Origin: an uncultured Bacilli bacterium
GTDB lineage: Bacteria > Bacillota_I > Bacilli_A > RF39 > UBA660
Length of the DNA stretch: 64,000 nt
Reading direction: 5' to 3'
NCBI GenBank assembly: GCA_910580135.1
Contig: CAJTXC010000001.1
Coordinates: forward strand, 2,425-66,424
Positions within the stretch are counted from its first letter, which is position 1, and each line of letters opens with the position of its first letter. This document shows positions 52,901 through 62,900 of this stretch, piece by piece. Below the pieces are notes generated by a model. The model did no database searches, was not told the DNA's origin, and saw only the letters and a list, made by a program, of their open reading frames with translations. The position numbers and the translations under genes were made by a program.

Positions 52901-53894
52901 AAGAGCTATTGCTATTCTTAACGGAACACAACAAAGTAGTCATAAAGGTAATGATATTGCTGCTTTAATATTTAATGAAAAACAGTTAAAAGCGTTCAAA
53001 GAGTTGCAATTATTACCGGAAAATATTATATTTGACGAAAATTTCAATAATAAAGAAGGATATGAAACAATTAATGCTGAATATAATGTTAAGACAAGAC
53101 AAATAACTGTAGGTAAACGTTGGCTTGATATGTTTAATAATCCTACTACTCGTAATCAAGCTATTCGTAAACTTATTCATGAGCAACTTCACTATAAGAT
53201 TGGACGAAACAAAGGATATGTTAGAAGTGTTCAAAGTATATATGATGAATTTAAGGAATATCTTGATAAAAATAATGTTCCTAAAGATGCACATATTAGA
53301 GCTTATCTTTTTGAAGGAAAGAAAACTCAACTTGAAACACTTGAAGAATTTCTTGTTGAATCTCTTACAAGTCAAGAACTTGCTCAGTATCTCAATAATA
53401 TAGAAACTACTGTTCCAATTAAATATGGTGCTAAGAACCTATGGCAAAAAATAATGAAAGTTCTTAGTGATATATTTGGTTGGGGAATAAATAAAGGTAG
53501 TCTTTATGAGAAAGAACTTAATACTATTCGTAATTTAAAACTTGAAGATTCCGCTGCTGAAACTTCTACAGAAACAACTGAAACTGAACAAGAACAACCT
53601 GCTACAACAGAAGAAGTTGAAACTAAAGAAGAAAAAGTAGAAGAAAAGATAGAAGTAACAGACGAAGAAGATAGTTCTACAAATGATGACGATTTTGTAG
53701 ATATAAGTGATGATTTAATAGATGAATTTGATAGTAGTGTTACAGAAGAACCTATTGTTAATAGAGATGGTAGTACAAATCTAATGTCAAATGTTCCGTC
53801 TATTCAGTCTATTACTGAAACATTACCGTTAGACCAACAGCCCGAATTTGCCTCTCTCGTGGCTTCTGCTGAGATTGAAACCTCTTGCCGATGA
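46929..53894 (+). CDS. giant virion (ejected cargo-type) protein
   Basis: 2321 aa directly upstream of the vRNAP-like ORF, as in the crAss-like giant-protein block; acidic Thr/Glu linkers; HEQLH motif at 53178-53192; two opposed GC-motif copies. Confidence 0.45.
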   Translation: MDIQAIFNAGGTVIKNPNYKKRKKNTQPEYITVSDLDSGIAPDGSIVADIAYKAAASGNQDILGRNGELDKYIEHGLTPNGWEDLDVQLAEQQGNWTKLGNALAQTLVSELALGTVKGFSDLGDLIGQAVGLSDGDYSNPVSQYLEEKQEEFRNFAPIYTRPGVNISNGGLLDAGWWTSNIPSIISSLTLLIPSTGITKGLSAIGKAANVGARTRNAIRAVSGVNRKMVQAERLREAGRTTEEIAELTRLNGVQKFLTSASTAKQTSLFLENATTAALSRAMENYQEARQTYNDMYAEASEYLKDDNNYQTFLQQNSESLRQAGVDVNDRDAVAKYISSSAADRTFQTDWFNVSWDVIQMYGLRNAWKGLRNAKDTPSAVRRAELDARKYFGKKPEEIAKLKAQRSFGEKAREWASDRLYGSKLIVGFELSEGAEEALNYIATEEGMRFGRVLLGTEQGENKGVWSNILNGFDGRLKSYLQAPELYDAAFWGVLGGVVFQAGGSFINRVGQKFNKSEADKNAASKLPWYQLDQLPENQRRIAEIEARSTDFANYKSQLDKINQGIDVYNSTENNEVRFNSEEEANVAREKLKDEFIASMTLRAMNSGNYDMLKAFLQDENVRKNLIESGVFGHESENGKTSAEIEQEAKEYVDSAVRRMDEIADMYEQELTAVDYASSRIGKDMLAEYMQIIANNNVNTQLALRQNQLSLAGTNARIAQLEEQFRDNLDPSINHANNIKVGLISSELGKLYAEKKKLTEQPNSLSKTIALENINKKIETLENELSDSELVFATSLALRYVKKEDGSYAQEDTEDYFRYRDNQIINHTEDNVGLTFDDTLISVGLSRRARTVLSDVAMQEYKVLEQDAGSSFATLRQISPELNDLYAVRAATELSSKMLNSELVRTVDEVRDYSAMLHNTMSEARITAIEQSNKTILDLYKKYGRDIEFYVTDDYSSKNEVLRKLSESERKNLDDALKVLALTKSYNRSLGLQLELMFRNHDAIVASQDSAFIDEESEENSTNLEGDTDTINPDLDNYTGTTEQDDTEQVIGQNDDITQPNDPQNISNRTPAYYAKFWFPKGVLSSSRHSSTDNGGAAVYDNGDGTFTLDVRDDKKALNDSRFFANADEVDLTRPYEIVEKPILKKNKKGKLEVYKQGRLVNTDTLEYQAAQQAETQEEVQDEVQTEETQDETVEQPIEHTTEEEVEETTQPEQVEADNPSTGEVVAETTSVNTESSAPVSVYDEVVPDEVTTEDEIRMASLGRFQKEFKANNDVDLDSIASEIINEEVRKGRDRQMVEAAVNKSLSIIKRVIERKRGKAADSVMQSSVDEVIVQSSIVELTARNPFIKDYTDAVKSMINEFCKEVGINEYNGKKYINLEDLLRYVNTITNDSQTSNMMFDALKVYLTTDEAKKEFITTDETQNSDTLKKNIAKSAAQRYQERLSDTTTQRVDIWSLRRTMSSNKELQEFEEALEAIQKGDKLTYVKEDKRIVLKDSKGRIVGTLAIPSINPKTGAYEIANDGWRYDIISQTGGNINSNLKTLFSRWLNEVNDASKELNAIIYELAFENVSPERKKELLVKFANNSEIKSARNNGFIDAAATNEKLINGLVKLWRYQNYTDGDVTTLRNKRIDRTLNTWFSKLRNSYDGVSYLLNEENGEIEVTNISDGEIIRASETNGQEAALPVNKAIAGGVNPSIHKLAIASNNANHLTVSGMPDIHFSGVGKMNTFVLLPNRNGSYEYVQAYPADITDDYIGKDAKEIIKAIQDRVEQLIETHVKQPTQESFEAIKSFVKSVLSNHNGNSSLFWNLTLFEQGNTFGISLNKDTKIVINATTGQVDISKSEYKPNKKGFRQIRVDLNSKQAKDAISELLNNLRFNLNPTYIASDNATNTILNGIVKRRNGKFEITIGDRTWSYDSFNDFILSNNLVRLNTKPNERGTSNFTPRGSRSQSGNQVLEIRINSTTTSPVENLIETQSTEPVIPDTKNISIPERAIAILNGTQQSSHKGNDIAALIFNEKQLKAFKELQLLPENIIFDENFNNKEGYETINAEYNVKTRQITVGKRWLDMFNNPTTRNQAIRKLIHEQLHYKIGRNKGYVRSVQSIYDEFKEYLDKNNVPKDAHIRAYLFEGKKTQLETLEEFLVESLTSQELAQYLNNIETTVPIKYGAKNLWQKIMKVLSDIFGWGINKGSLYEKELNTIRNLKLEDSAAETSTETTETEQEQPATTEEVETKEEKVEEKIEVTDEEDSSTNDDDFVDISDDLIDEFDSSVTEEPIVNRDGSTNLMSNVPSIQSITETLPLDQQPEFASLVASAEIETSCR
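50580..50604 (+). repeat. GC-motif copy 12 (AACCCTTCTACGGGGGAGGTAGTTG)
   Basis: inside the giant ORF 46929..53894, read as NPSTGEVV. Confidence 0.8.
52816..52839 (-). repeat. GC-motif copy 13 (reverse complement GGTTTTCTACGGGGGAGGTGGTTG)
   Basis: same giant ORF, read as TTSPVEN; 22-nt identity with copy 11. Confidence 0.8.
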
Positions 53895-53960
53895 TTTATA
53901 TTAGTCGGCTAACAAAGTGGCTCAAATTAGATAAAAATAAATTAAATAAATTATAATATT

Positions 53961-56900
53961 ATGAGTTGTAATCTTTTTATAGATAGCACAGAAGTTAATA
54001 ATGCTATTGTAGCAGCAAGTAAAGGAAATAGTATTCTTGCTACAAGATATACTCTTGAATTTAAGAGTGAAGCGTTTGCTAAAGAACTTAAAGATAAATT
54101 AGGATTAAGTATTGATGAAATTCCTAAAAATAAACTTAATGAAGTAGTCAAACTTCTGCAAGAATATCATAATAGACTCTATCCTGATATTAATTATAGT
54201 ACCAAGCTTAATACGAGTGATTCTCCAATCACTCGTTTCGGGTATGATAGTGTTGCTACTCGTGAATTTGGTAAGAAACTTGCAGCTAATTTTATGTTAA
54301 GTGCTTATCATCAACTTGTTCATGATAAAGGTAAAACAATACAACAAGCTCTTAAAGAAATTAAAGAGAAAACAAAGAAAGATATATCTCCAAGAGATTA
54401 TTTTGCTAATACTGTAGTAGCTAAAGTTAAAAAACTTATTATTGAAAGAATTGTAAGTAGAAAATTAACTACTAAAGAAGAAGTTTTGCAATTAATGAAA
54501 ACAAATAATACTGCAAAACTTGAAGAACTATTTGCAAAAGATAATCGTATTGAAGATGCCAATCTTCTTGCTATGTATAAAGAAATACTTGGCAATAGAC
54601 GAGCTTTCTTTGAAGAAGTATTTCGTAATAACGCTCTTGGAGAACTTAGACTTAAGAAACAGCCTATAGCAGAAGATACTTCTTATGAAGCAATAGATGA
54701 ACAAGTAGAAGAAGAACTAGATTCTGAAGAAGGAAATGATTCTCCTACTGATGATAAAAACAATTCTATTAAAGAATTGAATGAAAAACTTGGTGACTAT
54801 AATAACTTTATGACTCATGTTGGAATGAGTATCAGAGGTTATTTTTCAAGTCTTCCTAGAATTATAAATGGTGAAAAATCTAACGGTAAATATGTTCAGG
54901 ATACCAATAATCCTTTTGGCATAGCAGATACAATGTCTGCTGCTCAATGTATTGCTGTTCTTTATTCTTATGGTAACTTCACTAATACAAAAACTATGAT
55001 AGATAGTATTCGTGAAATTGCTGATAATGTTCCGGGAATGGCAGCGTTTCATCAAGTTGCAGATTATCTTGACACTAATATTAGTTTTGCATTTGAAGTA
55101 TATAGAACTTTTGGTAAAGCTATTGTTAGCAAAATAGAAACTACAGATGCTAGTGGAGAATTTGGTAGTAGAACAAGTAATAGAACTGCTGATAAACTTA
55201 CTACACTTAAATTTGAATTTTTTAATAGTGCTAAGTCTACAAGTATTCGTTCTGAAGTAGAACATAGTAGTGATATATTTACTTCTATAAGTAAAAGACT
55301 TAAAGATTTACGTCAATTTAAAAAAGATATTGACTCAGATAGTTCTGTAAGTCCTGAAGATATAGAGGATTTCAATGAAGAAGTAAAGAAAGTTGCTACA
55401 GATTTATATAATCTTCTTAAACGATATTATCCTACTCTTTCAGATAAAGCTATAATAAATTATGTTAATTCTGGAAATCAAGTAGATAATCTTGCTAACT
55501 TAAGTAATATAGCTCAGCTTACAATAAAAGGAGCAGAGAAGAGTAAATTTACTTATGACAGCCGTCAAGCTGACCTTAATGCTCTTTATAGTAAAAGATA
55601 CCAACTTACACAAGCTCTTGAAAATGGCGAAAAGATAAGAAATGGTGCTTTTGAAGAAATTGAAAATCAACTTAATCAGCTTTATTCTATTGATTATGTT
55701 AGCAAAGAAACTCAAGAAGCTGCTTATCAATTAGCTGATGCCCTTGTTAAATTTAGTCTAATTAAGACTGAACTTAATTCTCGTAACGTACATGGTAATC
55801 AATCATCTGATGTTATTAACAACAGTATGATTACTAATATTATAAATACTCTTAAAGACCAAACAGCATTAGAGAATTTTGGTAAATATAAAGGACAATC
55901 CAAACAATATGATTTCAGTAATATTATGATTGAGCATCGTGATGAAAATGGAAATCTTATTAATTATGGATTGTTTACTCAGAATCCAGATAGTAAAGAA
56001 CTTACTCCTACTCCTTATGCTTACAGACTTCTTCAAAATACTTTATTTAGTGGTGCTGGTAGTGTAGTAGATGGTAAAAATGTTCTTTATTCTGAAATGA
56101 GTAGAGGTGACTATACTACTACAGCTTTCATTAATTTCTTTAGAACTGAAGATGATTTTAGTCAACAAACTGAAGCTGATAAAATAGCTTTTGCAGAATA
56201 CTTTATGCGTATTCCATCTGATGCTCCTAAGAATTTTATTATTAAAGCTCCTAAATATTCTGTTAATGGATTGTTTACAAAAGACGGTGTTAATACAAAT
56301 CATCCTATTTTCCAACAGTTTAGACAAGTATTTATACAAGAGCTTCAAGATATGGCTACAGCTATAAATGTTCTATTTGAACATGAAAGTGGTAAAGTTC
56401 GTCTTGATACAGATGAAAAATCACCTACTTATGGTATGCCTATATTTAAGCCTGGATTTGCTAATGATGCAGAAACTGCTCGTAAACTTTATAATAACTA
56501 TCATACTAAGAAAGGTAAAATTCTTAAAAAACTTTCTACAGGTCAATATAGTCTTTTAGGAGATGTATTTACTTCTGATAGGTTTAAAGTTACTATTCTT
56601 AATGAAAATGGTAAACTTGAAGCTGTTAATTTTGCTGATGAGATATTAAAACATTTCAATCTTCTTTACGGGGGAGCTAATAATACTTATCTCCATACAA
56701 CTACCACAAGCAATGGCGTGACTGTTCAACTTACCGATGAACAAAGTGCTATTATAAATGAACAACTTTCTAAGTTTATTATAGCTTACTCAAGTAGAGC
56801 TGTAAATGAGCTTAATGTTTATAGGAATTTTATTCCTGAAGGACTTCTTACAAAACGTAATGCGGCTGAATTTGCTCTTAATCATAGACTTATGTATATT

Positions 56901-59900
56901 AACTTCAATGATTTATTTGAGGGAGATACTAAGTTTTATAAAGATACACAAACTTTTCTTAAACGTGCTAAAGAAGCACAAGGTTCTGGTGTTCCTTATG
57001 GTATTGTAAATTATCAAATGGATTTATCCGAAGAACCTACTCTTGTTGAAAGTCCTCTTAATAATATAACATTTAATCACATATCTGTTGATGGAGTTAC
57101 TTCTCAAGTTAAAATAAATCAATATAGTAAATTTAGAGGAGTAACTATTAAAAATACTATTAGAACTGGTGATACAATTGGTACATTTGTAACTGATAAT
57201 AATGGTAATCCAGTTAAAGACGAAAATGGTAATTATAAGTTTGAAAAGCCTGGAGTTTTAGCTAAGACTCTTATAGATGCTCTTGTTGCATCTGGCATGA
57301 GTAAACCAAATGCTAAAATTCATGCTGCTAATATGATGGTGGGTTATACTAACACTACTGTCAATGATGCACAATCTTATATTACTTTTGAAGAATGGGT
57401 TCGTCGTATAACTGCTCGTGGTCAACTTCCTCAATATAAAGAACTTATAGATGCTGTACTTGATGAAACTAAGCCCTTAGATGCTAAAACTATTGGTCAG
57501 TTTATTCAAGTACAAAAGAACTTTTATTATGACCAACATTATAATGCTGAACTTGGAGTTATAGCTCCTCGTCAGATTAAAAATGCTGAATTTGTTATCG
57601 TTCCTCGTCTTGTTCGTGGTACACAACTTGAACAAGTTTATAACTTAATGCGAGAATTTAATATCGACCAGCTTAATACAGAAGAAACTTCTAAAGCAGG
57701 TAAATGTAATGTTCTTATATTATGGGATAATGAAGGAAATTTGACTGACGCTAATATAGCAGATTTTAGAGCTAATGCTGTTCATGCTACAGAATATTAT
57801 AATTATAATTATCTTTATACTCAACAAGAAACTCCTCAACATCTTGCAGCTGAGAACAAAGCTGGTATTCAGATAATGAAGAAAATTATAGATAACATTG
57901 ATTCTAATAGTGAACTTTATCCTCTTAAACAAAAGTTCTTTAATTTATATTCTCAAAATATTGTAGATAGTTATGAGAATTTAATGCAAGAACTTCATAT
58001 TAAACAAGATGAAAATGGAGAAATAAGTGCTTTTGACCAAGCTATTCTTTATGATATGCTTAAAGAAGAAGTTGGTCGTCTTGGTCTTGATAGTAATATG
58101 ATGGATTATGTTACTCTTGACAGGGATGGTGTTCCTATGATGCCAACTTATATGAGTAATGTTTCTACTAAACTTGAAAGTATTGCTCAAAGTTTGTTTA
58201 ATAATCGTATTACTCGTCAGAAACTTCCTGGTTGGCATGCTGCTCAGATTACAAATGTTGGTTGGACTGCTCTTAACGATACAGTTGATAAACGTAGTTA
58301 TAGTAAAAAACTTCAATATCATCCTGATGGTAAGCCTTATGTTGAAATAATGCTTCCTAAGAGCAATTTCCAAAATCTTGAATATAATAAACCAGATGGT
58401 ACTACTAAAACAGATGAAGAACTATTAGCAGAACTTGCTGAATCTGGACTTGATACAATGATTGGTTATCGTATTCCAACTGAAGGTAAACAATCTGTTT
58501 GTATTATGAAAGTTGTTGGGTTTACAGATGATGCTCTTGGTTCCACTATTGTAGTTCCTGATGATTGGGTTTCTCAAACTGGTTCTGACTTTGATATTGA
58601 CTCTGTTTATGGTATTCATTTTAGTGGAGAAGTAAATAAAGAAACTGGTAAATTAGAAAAAGTTCAATATAATAAAGAAGATAAACGTTCAGATAGAAAA
58701 ACAAAAGGACGTAATAATGAACTTCTTCAAACTATGATTGATATTCTTTCACATCCAAGTTCTTTAGAGGAAAATCTTTCTCGTTCTAACTTTGAAGATA
58801 TTATCAACGATAGAGATGAAGTTATAAATTCTGAACTTGCTAAACTTAGAAAAGCTCGTTCTCCTTATGATTTCTTCGACCAAGCTGCATATCAAGAAGA
58901 TGTAATGAGTGGTGCTAAACTTAAAGCATTTAGTGTTACTCGTGATACTTTTTGTTCTATATGTAATACAGTTCGTCCGAACATTAGTGTAGGTAAAACT
59001 GTTTCTGTTATTTATAAGAAAGATGACGGTTATACTGAAGCTGGTCTTAAGAAACATTTTGGAAATATAAAAAGACTTAAAGATGGTAGTGGTTGGATTG
59101 TAACACATGATACTTTAGGTTGGACTTTAGATAATAAAAATGTTGTTGGAAAGATTCTAACAGCTTATTCATCTCAAACTACAGCTCATATTCTCGATGC
59201 TGTAAAAGAAGGTTCTATCCCTAATGTTAATGATTTTACTTTCCAAGTATATAAGTTATTTCCTGATATAGGTTCTGATTATAAAACTGCTATTGCATTT
59301 ATGATGCAACCTGGTGTTACTAGAATAGTAAATATTTATAATGCTAATAAATCTATATATGGAGAAGAATCTGGTAATGCTATAAATGAAGCTATTAAAC
59401 AAATAGCTACAGAAATACTTAAGCTTGATGGAATTTCTATTCCTAAAAATGCTAGTGTAAAAACACTACTTAATAAACTTAAAAATATTTCTTCAGAAAT
59501 AGCAGAATTATTTGATGTAGTTGAAGCTGATAAATTTAAAATAGAAGATACAGCAGCAGCTAATATGCTTAATATTTCTGCTTCTAAACTTAGAGATAGA
59601 ATTAATCAAACTGGTGAGTTTAGCACTACCTCCCCCGTAGGAAGTAGAAATCAATTACTTTATGATTTAGGTGTTATTCTACAATATAATAAACTTAATA
59701 TTTTAGCTAATGATATTTCTGCTTATGCAAGAGTTTGTAATCCTGATAAGTTTGGTGCTAAGCAAACTATTTATGCTACTGCTAAAGTATTTGATGATAT
59801 TCAAACTCTTGTAACCGCATCTAACCCTTCTCTTACTGTAAATGGTAGAAGTTTTATTGCTGCTATTTATCCTGAAGTATTTAGAGGTATAGATGGTTAT

Positions 59901-62900
59901 ATGAAAGAAACTTCTATCGCAGAATCTGCTTATCCTCCTCTTAATGCTTTTTTACGATATGCTACTGCTCCTTCTATTAAAATAAATAGGGGTTTGTTTG
60001 CTACACAGTCTGATGAATTTAGGCGTGAAGTGGAAAAACTAGCTACTCTTTTTAGTAATGGTAGAACTCTTTCTGAAAAAGAATATAAAGATTTTCAGAA
60101 TTATATTCTTAATTATATTTATAGTCAAGCAAAAGCTATAAGTAACGCTGTTACTTATAAAGATGGAAATTTTGTTTATACTCAGACTGATACTCTTGAA
60201 GAATGTAGTCGTATTTATGGATATGGTAAAACTCCTAATCTTGAAGTAACAGATAAACATGGAGAAATTGTTGAGTTTAAAGTAGAAGATATAAATGATC
60301 CTACTGAATTAGAAATTCAACAGTTTGCTAGTCTTAGTCCTGCTCAAAAAATTCATTATATTCAACAAACTTTTGAAAATAGTGGTGTATTTAAATATAT
60401 AAATGTATCCCTTTATAATAGAGGTTCAAATGCAGGAAAACAGACTATTCAATATGTAGAAAATAATGAAGATATTGAAACTGTTTATAATGAATTTGAA
60501 AAATGTTTCTTTAATGATAATCCTTTAGTAGCACTTGCTGCTATGGATATTGTTAAATACGGTTTTGTTGTTGAAGGTTTTAAAATGAGAAAGAATGCTG
60601 TTAATAAAGTAATTAAAAATAGTGTTCTATTATCTGACAAAACAGGTATAATATCTGATATTTCAACAGCAATTGCTACAATTAAAGATAATGCTATTAG
60701 TACAAATCAACTTAGAAGAAATTATATTCGTAGCCATTCTAATAGTACTTTTATTTCTGGTAAAAGAGTTTATAAAAAGAAAGATGAACATGGTAATTGG
60801 AGATTTGAACTTACTCCTAGAGCTGATGGTATAATTCTTATAGACAATGCTGGTTTAGCTTCTAAATATGGAGTTATATATGACCCAGAACCTAACAATA
60901 GGAATTATCATCCTTATGAAACTAATAGTTATGTTAAGTTATCTTTTAATGGTGTATCAAATCTTTATAGGATTGTAAGTGTAAATGATACTTATATTCT
61001 ATATCCTGTAAACAAACTTGAAGAGAATGAAAATTCTGATTTCTCTGTAAATCCTTTAAATAATAAATTTTTAAGTGAAGAATATTACTTAGGAATTATT
61101 AATGATTTTCGTGACCAACTTAGAGAAAGAGATAGAATTGTAGAAGAACAATTACAAAGTGCTCAAGAAGCTGCTAAATTAGAAAGTAGAGATTTAACTA
61201 AAGAGGAGTATAATGAAATTACAGAAAATGCTCCTACTGTAGATTTTTCTGCTGTTTTAGAAAAACATAAACTTGAAAGGGATAAATATAAACCTAAGAC
61301 AGTTAAACGAGCAAGTGGTTTCTCTAAATCTTTTGATATTAATTCAAAAGATACAGTTAATACTGGAGGTTTTGAAGATGTTATATCTAAAGTAACAGAA
61401 AGATTTAGTGAAAATCCTTTTAGCACTCTTTATCTTCGTAGCACAGCTTTAAGTAATTATATAACTTCTACAGGTATTCATGGTAGTAGTATTCAAACTA
61501 TTAATGGAAGACGTTATGTAATTCAAAAAGTTAATCTTTCTCGTTTAAATAAAAAATATATAGGAGAAGAAAATAAAGATGTAGTTGTAAAAGAATCTAA
61601 TGCAGATATTCAAGAAATAATGCAAAAAGCTAAAGATGCTGGATATACTGTACATGATGTATTTATGATTACTCCTTATGAAGAAAATGTAGAAGTTATG
61701 CAATCTTCAGTTACTGAAGATATAAATGAACTTCCTAATTCTACAACATTAGGAGTTCAAGCTATGGCTACTATGTTTTCTCGTAGAAAATCTGAAGGTG
61801 ATATTGAAGCAGCTAAAGCTCTTAAGTTTCTTCAAGATAAACAAATAACTGGTTCTGCTCCATCTGTAAGCGAAAATACTAAAGATGTAATTCAAACTAC
61901 TGCTGAATATATAGATTGCATGGTTAGTAACTTGTTTACTGACATGAAATATTTCATTAAAGATGATAATTTACAACCATTTGCTATAAATAGTCCTGAA
62001 GCTATTGTTGCAATTAAAGCAGACCCTGCTATTAGACAGAGATTTTTGAAAACTCTTCTTGATGCTCGTGCTCTTGTTAAAAACTTTGCTATCATAAATG
62101 AACTTGATATTCAAGCTGAAGATGATAGTCTTAAACCTTTCTTGAATAAAATTAAAGAAAATATAAATAGACTTCAAAATGCTACAATTATTGCAGAAAC
62201 TGAAAGACTTTTTGCAAATGAGTTTCTTGCTAAACTTAGTAAAAATCCTTTAATTCAACAAGATATTATTAGTGTTCTTGATGGTTATCATAGTGCTTCT
62301 TCTTTTGATGCTTGGGTTGGAGATTTACAAGAAAGTTCTTCTCCTCTTATTCAAATTGTATCTAAAGAAGTAATGGCTGATATTCGTTCTAAAGAAATGA
62401 TGGCTATTAAACGAGTACAAGAATTTAGAAAGAAACTTGCTGATATTAAACGTAGAGCTAAAGAAGCAGGAGTAGATATTGATTGGAAAAAGATTATAGA
62501 TGAAAATGGTAGATTTATTCAAAATTATAATCAAACTTTCCTTGATAAACTTGCTGAACTTAGAGAAAATATATCTGTAGCTAAATCTGAATACGGTGTT
62601 GGAAGTATAGAACATCTTAAAGCCAAACTTGCTTATGATAAATGGAAATTAGCTAATATAAATCAACCTGTTGTAGATGAATATTATCGTCAAAAGATTG
62701 ATATAGAAGAACGTATGATTAATCAGTATGGTACTATTTATTCTGCTTATAAAAAACTTGCTGATAAACGTAGAGAACTTCTTAGTCATACAAGTAATGG
62801 AGTATTAGCTGATAATTATAAACAAGAACTTGAGGAAGTTAAGCGTGATATAAACAATCTTATTAATGATTGTGTTTATGACCAAGCTACAGGAACTTTC

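Noticed and set aside
1085-59644. GC-motif as internal Shine-Dalgarno-like (GGAGGT) sites, or as a conserved peptide motif
   Set aside because: The GGGGGAGCTAATA subfamily lacks GGAGG, and Bacteroidetes translation initiation is largely SD-independent. The motif is read in three different frames (STGEV, FYGGG, TSPVE), so amino-acid conservation cannot explain the nucleotide conservation.
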